Both the position numbers and the translations under genes were made by a program. Positions 1-17,274 of a DNA stretch of 64,000 bases are shown piece by piece. How positions within the stretch are numbered: position 1 is the first letter of the stretch; each line of letters begins with the position of its first letter. The notes under the pieces are model-generated. The model was not told where the DNA came from. It worked only from the letters and a program-made list of their open reading frames with translations, and ran no database searches. The DNA comes from Escherichia coli (GTDB lineage Bacteria > Pseudomonadota > Gammaproteobacteria > Enterobacterales > Enterobacteriaceae). The DNA is taken from assembly GCF_013315695.1 (NCBI RefSeq), contig NZ_CP054353.1, one strand, 5' to 3'.

Positions 1-428
1 ATCTGGTTATCTGGCGGGGTATTTCAGGAAATGGTCTGGCACCTAACGCGTTTTTGATTCTGATGACCTTTAATCAGCAAGGTCGCCCGTGTGTTTTTCA
101 GTCCGATGGTTTTTATAGCGCAAGTGAAACTGGCATTGATGATTTGCTGGATTTACAAAGGAATGGTCACACGCAATTGCTGGATATGCAGTTTGATTCC
201 GGTTACTGGATAACCAGTCTGTATCAGGTAAAAGACGCCAAATGGCAGCGTGTTCACGGCTGGTTTGGCAAGTTAAGCTATCCCGCGCTCACGCGTTTTA
301 CTTATACCCCCAACCGTAAACTCGTCCTCAAACCCATCGCCGGGCGCGACCCGCAAACGGAAGATCTGGCACTGACGCAGAGTTGCTTGATAAAGGGGGA
401 TGTTCTTGATGGGGTGAACCAGCTCTGA
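1..428 (+). CDS. 3' portion of an unidentified ORF, open from the window edge (frame 3) to the stop at 426-428
   Basis: Frame 3 has no stop from position 3 to 428 (at least 142 codons). No convincing RBS before the internal TTG (54) or ATG (63), so it probably starts upstream of the window. Translation not recognised; it does not resemble the HycI protease that K-12 has in this slot (memory-based). Confidence 0.3.
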   Translation, partial: LVIWRGISGNGLAPNAFLILMTFNQQGRPCVFQSDGFYSASETGIDDLLDLQRNGHTQLLDMQFDSGYWITSLYQVKDAKWQRVHGWFGKLSYPALTRFTYTPNRKLVLKPIAGRDPQTEDLALTQSCLIKGDVLDGVNQL

Positions 429-443
429 TGCCAAACGCCAGAT

Positions 444-470
444 TGCCCGATGCGCTACGCTTATCGGGCC
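444..470. repeat. REP-like palindromic unit (gcccgatgcgctacgcttatcgggcc) between the unidentified ORF and ascB
   Basis: Imperfect palindrome resembling the E. coli REP family, in a convergent intergenic gap. Confidence 0.4.
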
Positions 471-496
471 TTCCTGGTTCGTGCGACGGTAGTTGC

Positions 497-3387
<2,891 letters not shown>

Positions 3388-3645
3388 CGGATTTTATCCT
3401 GTTATCAGTAGGGTAGATGTAGTTGTTATCAGTCGACGTGACGGAAAATGCCGATGCTGAAACGGAATTAGGAAACCGGTTTCACAAAATCATGAATAGT
3501 TGTCACTAAATAAGCAAGAGAGTTAATTGTTCATTTTTTATATTTGTGAAACCGGTCACCTGAATATTTTTCCCGCCGATTGCGCAAGGACAATCGGCAA
3601 ACGGTGCAGTACACTGCGTTGATTGCGTGTAAAGGGATGAAAATG

Positions 3646-4656
3646 ATGACGACGATGCTGGAAGTGGCGAAGCGCGCCGGGGTTTCAAAAGCGACCGTTT
3701 CCCGCGTGCTTTCAGGTAATGGCTACGTCAGCCAGGAGACTAAAGATCGCGTGTTTCAGGCGGTAGAAGAGAGCGGTTACCGCCCAAACTTGCTGGCGCG
3801 CAATCTGTCGGCGAAGAGTACTCAGACGCTGGGGCTGGTAGTGACCAACACGCTTTACCACGGCATTTATTTTAGTGAACTACTGTTTCATGCCGCGCGA
3901 ATGGCGGAAGAGAAAGGGCGACAGTTGCTATTGGCAGATGGTAAACACAGCGCCGAAGAAGAGCGCCAGGCGATTCAGTATCTGCTGGATTTGCGCTGCG
4001 ACGCCATTATGATTTACCCGCGTTTTTTAAGCGTGGATGAGATTGATGACATCATTGACGCACACAGTCAGCCGATAATGGTGCTTAATCGCCGCCTGCG
4101 CAAAAACACCAGCCATAGCGTCTGGTGCGATCATAAACAGACCAGCTTTAACGCCGTGGCAGAGTTGATAAACGCCGGACATCAGGAGATTGCTTTCCTT
4201 ACCGGCTCGATGGATTCCCCCACCAGCATTGAACGTCTTGCCGGGTATAAAGACGCGCTGTCGCAGCATGGTATTGCGCTCAATGAAAAACTTATCGCTA
4301 ACGGTAAATGGACGCCCGCCAGCGGGGCCGAAGGGGTAGAAACGTTGCTCGAACGTGGGGCTAAATTTAGCGCGTTAGTTGCCAGTAACGACGATATGGC
4401 GATAGGTGCGATGAAAGCGTTGCACGAGCGCGGCGTAGCGGTGCCAGAGCAGGTGTCAGTTATCGGATTCGATGATATCGCAATTGCCCCCTATATCGTT
4501 CCGGCGCTCTCCAGCGTAAAAATTCCGGTGACTGAGATGATTCAGGAAATTATTGGACGGCTGATTTTTATGCTCGATGGTGGGGATTTCTCACCGCCGA
4601 AAACCTTCAGCGGAAAACTGATCCGCCGCGGCTCCCTCATTGCTCTTTCGCAATAA
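3646..4656 (+). CDS. ascG: LacI-family transcriptional repressor of the asc operon
   Basis: N-terminal HTH (MLEVAKRAGVSKATVSRVL) and periplasmic-binding-like fold; divergent from ascFB; start chosen at MTTML. Confidence 0.9.
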   Translation: MTTMLEVAKRAGVSKATVSRVLSGNGYVSQETKDRVFQAVEESGYRPNLLARNLSAKSTQTLGLVVTNTLYHGIYFSELLFHAARMAEEKGRQLLLADGKHSAEEERQAIQYLLDLRCDAIMIYPRFLSVDEIDDIIDAHSQPIMVLNRRLRKNTSHSVWCDHKQTSFNAVAELINAGHQEIAFLTGSMDSPTSIERLAGYKDALSQHGIALNEKLIANGKWTPASGAEGVETLLERGAKFSALVASNDDMAIGAMKALHERGVAVPEQVSVIGFDDIAIAPYIVPALSSVKIPVTEMIQEIIGRLIFMLDGGDFSPPKTFSGKLIRRGSLIALSQ

Positions 4657-4670
4657 ACATTGTCATCACA

Positions 4671-4696
4671 TGTCATCGTCACTAGTGTCGATGACA
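4671..4696. promoter_or_regulatory. Imperfect inverted repeat (tgtcatcgt...tcgatgaca) in the ascG-hydN gap; candidate activator site or ascG terminator stem
   Basis: Roughly 9-bp arms with one mismatch, read from the sequence; functional assignment is inference. Confidence 0.3.
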
Positions 4697-4751
4697 TCGT
4701 TTTTCCTGCATTACAGAATTTAATTTCTTTAAATAATAGTAAATTAAAAAC

Positions 4752-4766
4752 TGGCATGATTTGTGA
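4752..4766 (+). promoter_or_regulatory. Candidate sigma54 (-24/-12) promoter for hydN-hypF
   Basis: TGGCAT-N5-TTGTG about 40 bp upstream of the hydN ATG; GG present at -24 but the -12 GC is replaced by GT; the hydN-hypF operon is formate/FhlA regulated in E. coli. Confidence 0.35.
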
Positions 4767-4804
4767 ATGTATCGGCGCATTAACTGTCATTGCTGGAGAA
4801 TTTG

Positions 4805-5332
4805 ATGAACCGTTTCATCATTGCTGACGCGAGTAAATGTATTGGTTGCCGTACCTGTGAAGTGGCGTGCGTGGTTTCTCATCAGGAGAATCAGGACTGT
4901 GCATCGCTGACCCCGGAAACTTTTTTACCGCGAATCCATGTCATTAAAGGTGTGAACATTTCCACGGCAACAGTCTGCCGTCAGTGTGAAGATGCACCGT
5001 GCGCTAACGTCTGCCCGAATGGTGCTATCAGTCGTGATAAAGGGTTTGTTCATGTGATGCAGGAACGTTGTATTGGTTGCAAAACCTGCGTTGTGGCTTG
5101 CCCGTATGGCGCGATGGAAGTGGTGGTACGTCCGGTGATTCGCAACAGCGGCGCGGGGCTGAATGTACGGGCTGACAAAGCCGAAGCCAATAAATGCGAC
5201 CTCTGTAACCATCGTGAAGACGGCCCGGCGTGTATGGCGGCTTGCCCGACCCATGCGCTGATTTGTGTCGATCGTAATAAACTTGAACAACTGAGCGCAG
5301 AAAAACGTCGCCGTACGGCGCTGATGTTCTAA
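4805..5332 (+). CDS. hydN: Ferredoxin-like electron transport protein, multiple 4Fe-4S clusters
   Basis: Four CxxCxxCxxxCP-type cysteine clusters visible in the translation ([22 protein letters not shown]...). Confidence 0.92.
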   Translation: MNRFIIADASKCIGCRTCEVACVVSHQENQDCASLTPETFLPRIHVIKGVNISTATVCRQCEDAPCANVCPNGAISRDKGFVHVMQERCIGCKTCVVACPYGAMEVVVRPVIRNSGAGLNVRADKAEANKCDLCNHREDGPACMAACPTHALICVDRNKLEQLSAEKRRRTALMF

Positions 5333-5484
5333 AAATCTTACAGAACTGTTCTGGCATCAAAGGAATTCCCGGAAATATTCGTAGAATACGAAGCGGGCAG
5401 TATCGCCGACCTGTGACTGCCGGATGCGACGCGCTCGTGTCCGGCTGGGCGGGTTACGCAATTCATGATGGCGGGAATAACTCA

Positions 5485-7725
5485 ATGGCAAAAAACACAT
5501 CTTGCGGTGTCCAACTGCGTATTCGTGGCAAAGTGCAGGGCGTCGGTTTTCGTCCGTTTGTCTGGCAACTGGCACAGCAATTAAATCTTCACGGCGATGT
5601 TTGTAATGACGGCGATGGCGTAGAAGTCCGGCTGCTGGAAGCCCCGGAAACGTTTCTTGTTCAATTGCATCAGCACTGCCCGCCACTGGCGCGTATTGAT
5701 AGCGTCGAGCGTGAGCCGTTTATCTGGTCACAACTGCCCACTGAGTTCACCATCCGCCAGAGCGCGGGTGGCGTCATGAATACGCAAATTGTTCCCGATG
5801 CCGCGACTTGCCCTGCTTGCCTTGCCGAAATGAATACCCCAGGCGAACGACGCTGGCGTTATCCGTTTATCAACTGTACCCACTGCGGCCCACGTTTCAC
5901 CATTATTCGCGCGATGCCTTACGACCGCCCGTTTACCGTGATGGCGGCGTTTCCGCTGTGTCCGGCCTGTGACAAAGAATATCGCGACCCGCTCGATCGT
6001 CGCTTCCACGCCCAGCCGGTGGCCTGCCCGGAGTGTGGCCCACATCTTGAATGGGTAAGTCATGGTGAACATGCAGAACAAGAGGCGGCATTACAGGCAG
6101 CTATCGCACAGTTAAAAATGGGCAACATTGTCGCCATCAAAGGGATTGGCGGATTTCATCTCGCCTGCGATGCGCGTAACAGTAACGCGGTGGCGACACT
6201 ACGGGCACGCAAACATCGCCCGGCGAAACCGCTGGCGGTCATGTTGCCAGTGGCTGACGGTTTACCTGACGCTGCGCGCCAGTTGCTTACCACGCCCGCC
6301 GCGCCGATTGTTCTGGTGGATAAAAAATACGTTCCTGAGCTTTGTGATGATATCGCCCCTGGCCTTAACGAAGTTGGGGTGATGTTGCCTGCGAACCCGC
6401 TCCAGCATTTGCTGTTACAGGAACTGCAATGCCCGCTGGTGATGACCTCCGGCAACCTGAGCGGTAAACCACCAGCTATCAGCAACGAACAGGCGCTGGC
6501 GGATTTGCAGGGGATTGCCGACGGATTCTTGATACATAACCGCGACATCGTGCAGCGGATGGATGATTCGGTGGTGCGCGAAAACGGCGAAATGCTGCGC
6601 CGTTCGCGGGGGTATGTGCCGGATGCGCTGGCTTTGCCTCCGGGCTTTAAAAATGTTCCGCCTGTGCTGTGTCTCGGTGCGGATCTGAAAAACACCTTCT
6701 GCCTGGTGCGCGGCGAACAAGCGGTGTTGAGTCAGCATCTGGGCGATTTAAGTGACGATGGCATCCAGATGCAGTGGCGCGAAGCGTTACGCCTGATGCA
6801 AAACATCTACGATTTCACTCCGCAATACGTTGTGCATGACGCGCATCCGGGCTATATCTCCAGCCAGTGGGCGCGCGAAATGAATCTGCCGACGCAAACG
6901 GTACTGCATCATCATGCCCACGCGGCGGCGTGTCTGGCAGAACATCACTGGCCGCTGGATGGCGGTGATGTCATTGCGTTGACGCTCGACGGTATCGGTA
7001 TGGGGGAGAATGGCGCTTTGTGGGGCGGCGAGTGTCTGCGGGTGAACTATCGCGAATGCCAGCATCTGGGCGGCTTGCCTGCGGTGGCGCTTCCGGGTGG
7101 CGATTTTGCGGCGAAGCAGCCGTGGCGTAACCTGCTGGCGCAGTGCCTGCGCTTTGTGCCGGAGTGGCAGAATTACCCTGAAACGGCAAGTGTGCAACAG
7201 CAAAACTGGAGCGTGCTGGCGCGGGCCATTGAGCGTGGAATTAACGCGCCGCTGGCGTCGTCGTGTGGGCGTTTGTTCGATGCTGTGGCGGCGGCACTGG
7301 GCTGTGCGCCAGCCATGTTAAGTTATGAAGGTGAAGCGGCTTGCGCCCTCGAGGCGCTGGCGGCTTCGAGCCAGGGAGTGACGCATCCGGTGACGATACC
7401 GCTGGTGGACAATCAACTGGATCTCGCCACTTTCTGGCAGCAGTGGCTGAACTGGCAGGCACCGGTTAATCAACGCGCGTGGGCGTTTCATGATGCGCTG
7501 GCGCAGGGGTTTGCCGCGTTGATGCGTGAGCAGGCCACGATGCGCGGTATCACTACGCTGGTATTTAGCGGTGGGGTTATTCATAACCGATTGCTGCGTA
7601 CACGCCTGGCGCATTATCTCGCTGATTTCACATTGCTCTTTCCACAGAGTTTACCGGCGGGCGATGGCGGGTTGTCTCTGGGGCAGGGGGTTATTGTTGC
7701 GGCGCGCATCCTGCATGCTGCATAG
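5485..7725 (+). CDS. hypF: [NiFe]-hydrogenase maturation carbamoyltransferase HypF
   Basis: Acylphosphatase-like N-terminus ([10 protein letters not shown]), two CxxC...CxxC zinc-finger pairs, YrdC-like and Kae1-like C-terminal domains; start trimmed to MAKNTSCGV. Confidence 0.92.
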   Translation: MAKNTSCGVQLRIRGKVQGVGFRPFVWQLAQQLNLHGDVCNDGDGVEVRLLEAPETFLVQLHQHCPPLARIDSVEREPFIWSQLPTEFTIRQSAGGVMNTQIVPDAATCPACLAEMNTPGERRWRYPFINCTHCGPRFTIIRAMPYDRPFTVMAAFPLCPACDKEYRDPLDRRFHAQPVACPECGPHLEWVSHGEHAEQEAALQAAIAQLKMGNIVAIKGIGGFHLACDARNSNAVATLRARKHRPAKPLAVMLPVADGLPDAARQLLTTPAAPIVLVDKKYVPELCDDIAPGLNEVGVMLPANPLQHLLLQELQCPLVMTSGNLSGKPPAISNEQALADLQGIADGFLIHNRDIVQRMDDSVVRENGEMLRRSRGYVPDALALPPGFKNVPPVLCLGADLKNTFCLVRGEQAVLSQHLGDLSDDGIQMQWREALRLMQNIYDFTPQYVVHDAHPGYISSQWAREMNLPTQTVLHHHAHAAACLAEHHWPLDGGDVIALTLDGIGMGENGALWGGECLRVNYRECQHLGGLPAVALPGGDFAAKQPWRNLLAQCLRFVPEWQNYPETASVQQQNWSVLARAIERGINAPLASSCGRLFDAVAAALGCAPAMLSYEGEAACALEALAASSQGVTHPVTIPLVDNQLDLATFWQQWLNWQAPVNQRAWAFHDALAQGFAALMREQATMRGITTLVFSGGVIHNRLLRTRLAHYLADFTLLFPQSLPAGDGGLSLGQGVIVAARILHAA

Positions 7726-7803
7726 TGGCGGATGTGGCGTAACGAAGCGTTAAAAGTAGCGCGGACAGTCCCCTCGCCCTTTGGGCGAGGGAGAAAACCA
7801 TGC

Positions 7804-8937
7804 CTACATCGGCAACGTTTTCAACAATCCAAACGCCTCTTTCATCCGATCCTCACTGACCACAAAGGCGCGAAGCTGGTCACCATCGTCAACACCGCGC
7901 GCCACCATTCCCTGGCGTTCGGTATTAATTTGCCAGCGTAAATCCTGACGCTGGGTTTCGCCTGCCAGATGTAGCGGTAATTCTGGCGTTTTGATTTTCA
8001 CCAGCATCGCCGGGAGTTTCAGCGGCGTGTTATTGCCGAGAAGATTTTTTGCCAGCACCATTGCGCTAAGTTGAATCGGCTGGAGGAACGGCAATACCTG
8101 ACCGTTAATTTCCGCGCAATCGCCCAGCGCATAAATATCGGCATTACTGGTTTGCAGATAGCTATCGACGCAAACGCCACGATTAATCGTCAGCCCGGCG
8201 CGTCGTGCCAGGGCTGTTTCCGGGCGCAGCCCGGTGGCGGCAATTACCGCATCCACTTCGATACTACGCTGGTGGTCCAGCGTTGCCAGAATGCCAGAAT
8301 CCGTTTTTTCCAGCCCCTGTAACTGAGATTTCAACAGCAGATGAACGCCCATCTCCGTCAACCGATGCTGCAAGCGGCTGCTTACTTCCGGTGGCATTAA
8401 CGACGCCAGAATACTGGCAGCGTTGTCGATTAGCGTGACCGCTTTGCCTGCACGACAAAAATCCATCGCCAGTTCGCTACCAATCAAACCACCGCCAACA
8501 ATCAACACGCGTCGGGCATCCCGCAGTTGCGTTTCACAGGCGCGATACTCTTGCTGACTATTTAACGTCAGCATTAACTCACGCCCAGGCACAGGCGGGA
8601 CAAAGGCACTGGCACCGGTTGCCAGTACTAGTTTGTCGTATTGCCACTGATTATTCTGGCTTTTCACCACACGGGCTTCGGCATCGATATCCGTCACCCA
8701 GGTTTGTGGAAACAGGTGCAGATTAAACTGCTCGGCAAATTCACCCGCCGTCTGGCGGGTAAGGTCGTCGGCACGTTGCCCCTGACTGATAACATGGCTG
8801 AGGTCAGGTTTGTTGTACTCATCCATGCTGTCGGCGGCAATCAGAGTTAATGGAATACTGGCGTCCTGTTTGCGAATATTTTTCACCAGTTGGCGGGCGG
8901 CGAAGCCCGAACCAATGATCACAATGCTGTTGCTCAT
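7804..8937 (-). CDS. norW: NADH:flavorubredoxin reductase
   Basis: 377-aa ORF with FAD/NAD(P) dinucleotide-binding motifs ([15 protein letters not shown]); start overlaps the norV stop (ATGA). Confidence 0.93.
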   Translation of the reverse strand: MSNSIVIIGSGFAARQLVKNIRKQDASIPLTLIAADSMDEYNKPDLSHVISQGQRADDLTRQTAGEFAEQFNLHLFPQTWVTDIDAEARVVKSQNNQWQYDKLVLATGASAFVPPVPGRELMLTLNSQQEYRACETQLRDARRVLIVGGGLIGSELAMDFCRAGKAVTLIDNAASILASLMPPEVSSRLQHRLTEMGVHLLLKSQLQGLEKTDSGILATLDHQRSIEVDAVIAATGLRPETALARRAGLTINRGVCVDSYLQTSNADIYALGDCAEINGQVLPFLQPIQLSAMVLAKNLLGNNTPLKLPAMLVKIKTPELPLHLAGETQRQDLRWQINTERQGMVARGVDDGDQLRAFVVSEDRMKEAFGLLKTLPM

Positions 8938-10373
8938 TTTGCCTCCGATGCCAGTTCGTCAAAGACGTCTTTGCCGAGAGAGCATTCCGGGCACAGGAAG
9001 TTATCCGGGACTTCACTCCACGGCGTTCCTGGCGCAACGTCCTGCATTGGCTCACCTTTTGCCGGATCGTAAATCCACTGGCAGACGCTGCATTGCATCC
9101 GTGGGCCGAGGTCAGCCGTCGTGGCGGCAGAGGTTTCTTCTTTAACCACCGTATTCACCGTGCTCTGCGGCAGCGGCGCGAGCGCCCACTGACGGGCGAT
9201 TTCGCGACCGTGTTCACGACATAACTCCAGAGCGTCCTGGTCTGGTCGCCATTTGGCTTTCAGGCTAAGCGACATTTCGAAACCCGCATCCTGCAGGCGC
9301 GTGGAAAGACGATCCACCGCACCGCCGCTCCAGCCGTGAGAGCCGAAAGCACTAGCGCGTTTGTTACGGAAGCGTAATCCGGTCATCTCCTCCACCAGCC
9401 CGGCGATTTTCGGCATCATCACATTATTCATCGTAGAGGTGCCGACCAGCACGCCTTTTGAGCGGAAGACATTGGTCAGGATTTCGTTTTTATCGCTTCG
9501 GGCGACGTTGAAAATTTTCACCGCCACGCGTGGGTCGGTTTCCGCAATCCCCTGGGCGATAGCGTCAGCCATCATGCGGGTGTTATTCGACATGGTGTCG
9601 TAGAAAATGGTGATTCTGTCTTCCTGATAATCCGCCGCCCATTTCAGGTACAGCTCGACAATTTGCGTCGGGTTATCGCGCCATACCACGCCGTGAGAGG
9701 TCGCTATCATATCGACTGGCAAGTTAAAGCCTAGGATCTCGGTAATTTTCGGCGTTACCAGGCGGCTGAACGGCGTCAGGATATTGGCGTAGTAACGCTG
9801 GCACTGCTCGAAAAGCTCCGTCTGATCCACTTCATCGTTGAACAGATGCTCGTCGCAGTAGTGCTGACCGAAAGCATCGTTACTGAACAGCACCGCGTCG
9901 CCTGTCAGGTAAGTCATCATGCTGTCCGGCCAGTGCAGCATTGGCGTTTCGACAAAAATGAGCTGTTTGCCGTTGCCGATATCCAGCGTGTCGCCAGTTT
10001 TCACCACATTAAAATTCCACTCCGGATGATGGTGATGACCATTTATCGAGTCGATAGCGTTGGCAGTACAGTAGATCGGCGTATCGGGAATTTGCGCCAT
10101 CAGTTCGGTCAGCGCCCCGGCGTGGTCCTCTTCTGCATGGTTAATCACGATGTAATCGATATCCGCCAGATCGATTTCATTACGCAGGTTCTGCACAAAT
10201 TCGCGGCTGAATTTATGGTCAACGGTGTCGATCAGCACGTTTTTTTCTTCGCGGATGAGGTAGCTGTTGTAGCTGCTGCCGCGCAGCGTTTTATATTCTG
10301 TGCCGTGAAAATCACGCACTTCCCAGTCACGTTGACCAACCCAATGAATGTTATTTTTCACCACAATAGACAT
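8934..10373 (-). CDS. norV: Anaerobic nitric oxide reductase flavorubredoxin
   Basis: 479-aa ORF: metallo-beta-lactamase-like and flavodoxin-like domains plus C-terminal rubredoxin ([10 protein letters not shown]...CPEC). Confidence 0.94.
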   Translation of the reverse strand: MSIVVKNNIHWVGQRDWEVRDFHGTEYKTLRGSSYNSYLIREEKNVLIDTVDHKFSREFVQNLRNEIDLADIDYIVINHAEEDHAGALTELMAQIPDTPIYCTANAIDSINGHHHHPEWNFNVVKTGDTLDIGNGKQLIFVETPMLHWPDSMMTYLTGDAVLFSNDAFGQHYCDEHLFNDEVDQTELFEQCQRYYANILTPFSRLVTPKITEILGFNLPVDMIATSHGVVWRDNPTQIVELYLKWAADYQEDRITIFYDTMSNNTRMMADAIAQGIAETDPRVAVKIFNVARSDKNEILTNVFRSKGVLVGTSTMNNVMMPKIAGLVEEMTGLRFRNKRASAFGSHGWSGGAVDRLSTRLQDAGFEMSLSLKAKWRPDQDALELCREHGREIARQWALAPLPQSTVNTVVKEETSAATTADLGPRMQCSVCQWIYDPAKGEPMQDVAPGTPWSEVPDNFLCPECSLGKDVFDELASEAK

Positions 10374-10418
10374 AGCAACCTCAATTTATTCAGCGTGTTC
10401 TAAAAAGATGTCTTGCTA

Positions 10419-10435
10419 ATTGCAGATTGCGTGCC
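10419..10435 (-). promoter_or_regulatory. sigma54 promoter (-24 TGGCAC / -12 CTGCA) for norVW
   Basis: Reverse complement reads TGGCACgcaatCTGCA, canonical -24/-12 spacing, upstream of the norV start. Confidence 0.8.
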
Positions 10436-10491
10436 AGTTTTTTATCTGATTGATTTTTATGTATAAATTAATTCATGCTCATTAATGAGTA

Positions 10492-10547
10492 GTCAAAATG
10501 ACTATTAATCAAATGGTCGATATGACAATATCTATAGTCAAATTGAC
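10492..10547. promoter_or_regulatory. Three NorR enhancer sites (GT-N7-AC inverted repeats) in the norR-norV divergent region
   Basis: GTCAAAATGAC (10492-10502), GTCGATATGAC (10516-10526), GTCAAATTGAC (10537-10547) match the NorR binding consensus. Confidence 0.8.
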
Positions 10548-10559
10548 AGTGAGGCAAAG

Positions 10560-12074
10560 ATGAGTTTTTCCGTTGATGTGCTGGCGAATATCGCCATCGA
10601 ATTGCAGCGTGGGATTGGTCATCAGGATCGTTTTCAGCGCCTGATCACCACGCTGCGTCAGGTGCTGGAGTGCGATGCGTCTGCATTGCTACGTTACGAC
10701 TCGCGGCAGTTTATTCCGCTTGCCATCGACGGGCTGGCAAAGGATGTACTCGGTAGACGCTTTGCGCTGGAAGGGCATCCACGGCTGGAAGCGATTGCCC
10801 GCGCCGGGGACGTGGTGCGCTTTCCCGCAGACAGCGAATTGCCCGATCCCTATGACGGTTTGATTCCCGGGCAGGAGAGTCTGAAGGTTCACGCCTGCGT
10901 TGGTCTGCCATTGTTTGCCGGGCAAAACCTGATCGGCGCATTGACGCTCGACGGGATGCAGCCCGATCAGTTCGATGTTTTCAGCGACGAAGAGTTACGC
11001 CTGATTGCCGCGCTGGCGGCGGGAGCGTTAAGCAATGCGTTGCTGATTGAACAACTGGAAAGTCAGAATATGCTGCCGGGCGATGCCGCGCCGTTTGAAG
11101 CGCTGAAAGAGACGCAGATGATCGGCCTGTCGCCAGGCATGACGCAATTGAAAAAAGAGATTGAGATTGTGGCGGCGTCCGATCTCAACGTCCTGATTAG
11201 CGGTGAGACGGGAACCGGTAAGGAGCTGGTGGCGAAAGCGATTCATGAAGCCTCGCCAAGGGCGGTGAATCCGTTGGTCTATCTCAACTGTGCCGCACTG
11301 CCGGAAAGTGTGGCGGAAAGTGAGTTGTTCGGGCACGTGAAAGGGGCGTTTACTGGCGCTATCAGTAACCGCAGCGGGAAGTTTGAAATGGCGGATAACG
11401 GCACGCTGTTTCTGGATGAGATCGGCGAGTTGTCGTTGGCATTGCAGGCCAAGCTGCTGAGGGTGTTGCAGTATGGCGATATTCAGCGCGTTGGCGATGA
11501 CCGCAGTTTGCGGGTCGATGTGCGCGTGCTGGCGGCGACTAACCGCGACTTACGCGAAGAGGTGCTGGCAGGGCGATTCCGCGCCGATTTGTTTCATCGC
11601 CTGAGCGTGTTTCCACTTTCGGTGCCGCCGCTGCGTGAGCGGGGCGATGATGTCATTCTGCTGGCGGGGTATTTCTGCGAACAGTGCCGCCTGCGGTTGG
11701 GGCTTTCCCGCGTGGTGTTAAGTTCCGGGGCGCGGAATTTATTGCAACATTATAGTTTCCCGGGGAACGTGCGCGAACTGGAACATGCTATTCATCGGGC
11801 GGTAGTGCTGGCGAGAGCAACCCGCAGCGGCGATGAAGTGATTCTCGAGGCGCAACATTTTGCTTTTCCTGAGGTGACGTTGCCGCCGCGAGAAGCTGCG
11901 GCGGTGCCCGTTGTTAAGCAAAATCTGCGTGAAGCGACAGAAGCGTTCCAGCGTGAAACCATTCGCCAGGCACTGGCACAAAATCATCACAACTGGGCTG
12001 CCTGCGCGCGAATGCTGGAAACTGACGTCGCCAACCTGCATCGGCTGGCGAAACGTCTGGGATTGAAGGATTAA
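10560..12074 (+). CDS. norR: sigma54-dependent NO-responsive transcriptional activator (GAF-AAA+-HTH)
   Basis: 504-aa ORF with Walker [15 protein letters not shown] motif and C-terminal HTH. Confidence 0.94.
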   Translation: MSFSVDVLANIAIELQRGIGHQDRFQRLITTLRQVLECDASALLRYDSRQFIPLAIDGLAKDVLGRRFALEGHPRLEAIARAGDVVRFPADSELPDPYDGLIPGQESLKVHACVGLPLFAGQNLIGALTLDGMQPDQFDVFSDEELRLIAALAAGALSNALLIEQLESQNMLPGDAAPFEALKETQMIGLSPGMTQLKKEIEIVAASDLNVLISGETGTGKELVAKAIHEASPRAVNPLVYLNCAALPESVAESELFGHVKGAFTGAISNRSGKFEMADNGTLFLDEIGELSLALQAKLLRVLQYGDIQRVGDDRSLRVDVRVLAATNRDLREEVLAGRFRADLFHRLSVFPLSVPPLRERGDDVILLAGYFCEQCRLRLGLSRVVLSSGARNLLQHYSFPGNVRELEHAIHRAVVLARATRSGDEVILEAQHFAFPEVTLPPREAAAVPVVKQNLREATEAFQRETIRQALAQNHHNWAACARMLETDVANLHRLAKRLGLKD

Positions 12075-13036
12075 ATAATCCCGGCCTGATAGAAATCCTG
12101 CAGGTTAATTGCGCCGGTGAGTTTGCCGTTTTCATCCACCACCGGTGCGGCAGTGATTTTGCGCTTCATCAGGATCTCTTTGGCGTCGATGGCACGGCTT
12201 TGCGATTGCAACGTGGTGCCGCCGACCGTCATCGCTTCATTGACTGGCGTGGTGAGTGCGCCGCCGCCAACCAGCCAGCGACGTAAATCACCGTCGGTAA
12301 AGACGCCTTGTACCTGTTGCTGAGCGTCACATACCGCCACCAGCCCCAGACCGGTGCGGCTGAGTTCCAGCATCGCATCCATCACGCTGGCGGTTAACGC
12401 TACCTGCGGAATAGCGTCATCACGGCGCATCAGATGATGCACTTTATTCAGCAAGCGAGCGCCCAGTGCCCCGGCTGGGTGGGAGCGGGCAAAATCTTCT
12501 TCATTAAAACCACGCGCCTGCATGACTGCCATCGCCAACGCGTCGCCCATCATCAGGGTATTCACGGTGCTGGAGGTCGGCGCAAGATGCATCGGGCAGG
12601 CTTCGCGTTCTACGGAGATATCCAGCACCGCTTTCGCCGCCAGGCCCAGCGGTGACGTCGGTTTGCCGGTCATCGCCAGCAGCGCGATAGATTTATCTTC
12701 CAGACGCGGAATAATCAGATCCAGTTCCTTCGCGCCACCGGAGTAAGAGATAAACAGCATCACATCGCGGCTTTCGATCATCCCCAGGTCGCCGTGCAAT
12801 GCCTCTGCCGGATGGACAAAAAAGGCAGGAGTGCCGGTGCTGGCAAGCGTTGCGGCGATTTTCTTACCAATGTGGCCCGATTTGCCAATTCCCGAAACCA
12901 CCACTTTGCCTTCGCAGTGCAGGATGATATTGGCGGCGCGAACAAAATCATCGCCCAGACGTTCCGGTAAACGGCTTGCTTCCTGTAACTCCAGCATTAA
13001 CGTCTGACGTCCCGCGTTCAGTAGTGCTTCACTCAT
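12071..13036 (-). CDS. gutQ: D-arabinose 5-phosphate isomerase (SIS + tandem CBS domains)
   Basis: 321-aa ORF; SIS-domain motifs; last gene of the srl/gut operon. Confidence 0.9.
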   Translation of the reverse strand: MSEALLNAGRQTLMLELQEASRLPERLGDDFVRAANIILHCEGKVVVSGIGKSGHIGKKIAATLASTGTPAFFVHPAEALHGDLGMIESRDVMLFISYSGGAKELDLIIPRLEDKSIALLAMTGKPTSPLGLAAKAVLDISVEREACPMHLAPTSSTVNTLMMGDALAMAVMQARGFNEEDFARSHPAGALGARLLNKVHHLMRRDDAIPQVALTASVMDAMLELSRTGLGLVAVCDAQQQVQGVFTDGDLRRWLVGGGALTTPVNEAMTVGGTTLQSQSRAIDAKEILMKRKITAAPVVDENGKLTGAINLQDFYQAGII

Positions 13037-13802
13037 TGCTCTCTCCGGTTATGATCACATCGATCCCTTTCTTTTCCAGCGCCTGACGAAACGCCGGATC
13101 GATACCTACGTCGGTAATTAGCTTATCGACGCTTTCAAGACTACAAACCACGTTGGGGCTTTTACGGCCAAACTTTGATGAGTCCGCCATCAAAATCACT
13201 TCGCGCGCGGCATTGCACATTGCCTTACTGACGGTATAAACCTCGTTGAACGTGGTTACGCCCGCATTGAGATCGATGCCGTCGGTGCCCATAAACAATT
13301 TATCGAAGGTGAAATGCTCGAAGGCATTCTCTGCCAGTTGCCCGTGAAATGAGGCCGATTTTTTACGAAATGTTCCGCCTGGCATCAGGATAGTTTGTTC
13401 GTTATCCAGTTCGGATAGCGCATTGACGATATGCAGGCTGTTGGTCATCACTGTGATGTTATTAAAGCGCGAGAGCAGGGGAACCATCTGCAAAACGGTA
13501 CTGCCAGCATCAAGAATGATCGAATCGCCATCATGGATAAAACTAACGGCAGCTTCTGCAATCAGCTCTTTCTTGTGGGTGTTGATGAGTGTTTTATGAT
13601 CGATAGGCGGATCGGATTCCTCTTTATTCAACACCACTCCGCCATAAGTACGAATGACGGTTCCGGCATGTTCCAGAATGACCAGATCTTTGCGAATGGT
13701 TGTGCCTGTGGTGTCAAAGTATTGCGCCAATTCTTCAACCGAGCATTTACCCTGCTTTTGCAGATACTCCAGAATGGCGGCCTGACGCTGACGAGGTTTC
13801 AT
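13029..13802 (-). CDS. srlR: DeoR-family repressor of the glucitol operon
   Basis: 257-aa ORF with N-terminal DeoR HTH; synteny. Confidence 0.9.
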   Translation of the reverse strand: MKPRQRQAAILEYLQKQGKCSVEELAQYFDTTGTTIRKDLVILEHAGTVIRTYGGVVLNKEESDPPIDHKTLINTHKKELIAEAAVSFIHDGDSIILDAGSTVLQMVPLLSRFNNITVMTNSLHIVNALSELDNEQTILMPGGTFRKKSASFHGQLAENAFEHFTFDKLFMGTDGIDLNAGVTTFNEVYTVSKAMCNAAREVILMADSSKFGRKSPNVVCSLESVDKLITDVGIDPAFRQALEKKGIDVIITGESNE

Positions 13803-13868
13803 GGGCGTGATTACCTGATTTAGGTTTCAAAATGATAACTTCGCAAGCAAGTAACATTCACAACGAAA

Positions 13869-14228
13869 TTATCCACGTTTCAGTTTAAGCGCCAATGATA
13901 GAGCATTCTGTGATAGTGGATCATGGGGAAAGATCACATCGGGCTGTAAATCACCCGCATGCATACCGGTAATTGCGGGAATTTTTTGCGGTCGGGCGAA
14001 GACGGTCAGTCCTTTCATAAACAAGGTGTCGACGATGCGCTGCTGATCGTCCAGGGCGATGGCGACCACGACCCGCGGTTTAAAGCGCCCGCTGGAACGG
14101 CCCACGCCAACCCGCCCTTGCTGGCATAGTGTGTCGAAGGCACGGTTAAAACGAGAAATTTGCCAGCCGCCTAAGGCCAGTTGCGCACACCAGGCGATAA
14201 CGGCGACGGTGATGAGTGCGGATACCAT
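13869..14228 (-). CDS. gutM: Glucitol operon activator
   Basis: 119-aa ORF between srlD and srlR; synteny. Confidence 0.85.
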   Translation of the reverse strand: MVSALITVAVIAWCAQLALGGWQISRFNRAFDTLCQQGRVGVGRSSGRFKPRVVVAIALDDQQRIVDTLFMKGLTVFARPQKIPAITGMHAGDLQPDVIFPHDPLSQNALSLALKLKRG

Positions 14229-14254
14229 AACTTCTCCTTAATGTAGTGGCGGAA

Positions 14255-14333
14255 GTCCTGTAGGCCTGATAAGCGTAGCGCATCAGGCATTCTATTAGTC
14301 TCGCGGAGATCCTTAACGGATCTCCGCTGTTAA
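14255..14333. repeat. REP/BIME-like palindromic element plus stem-loop between srlD and gutM
   Basis: tgtaggcctgataagcgtagcgcatcaggca followed by the stem-loop cgcggagatcc...ggatctccgctg. Confidence 0.55.
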
Positions 14334-15488
<1,155 letters not shown>

Positions 15489-15498
15489 GTTTCAGCCT

Positions 15499-17036
<1,538 letters not shown>

Positions 17037-17274
17037 TTATTGTTTTATTACCAAACGGCAATCTAATCTAATCAGATTGAAAGATTTAAAAGTGTTATTT
17101 TGATCGCAAAATGAAAGATAAATATTTTATTTTGAAAGTTTATATAAAGAAGGTAGTGAGGAGAATGAGTTGAGTTATGTAAAGTCCGTATCGGGCAGTG
17201 ACTACCGCTTCCTTGTGCGGGGCGGGATGCTTTACCATACTTGCCCCTGGTTGAATCTGTTAAATGGACCCCTC

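Noticed and set aside
5357-7614. Multiple 70-180 aa ORFs overlapping hypF in other frames or on the opposite strand
   Set aside because: All are nested in a well-supported gene and have Arg/Pro/Ala-rich translations typical of off-frame GC-rich sequence.
7770-7792. Hairpin (cccctcgccc ttt gggcgaggg) between hypF and norW as a terminator
   Set aside because: No U-tract follows on either strand; it may be a REP-like structure or Rho-dependent region, so it is not listed as a terminator.
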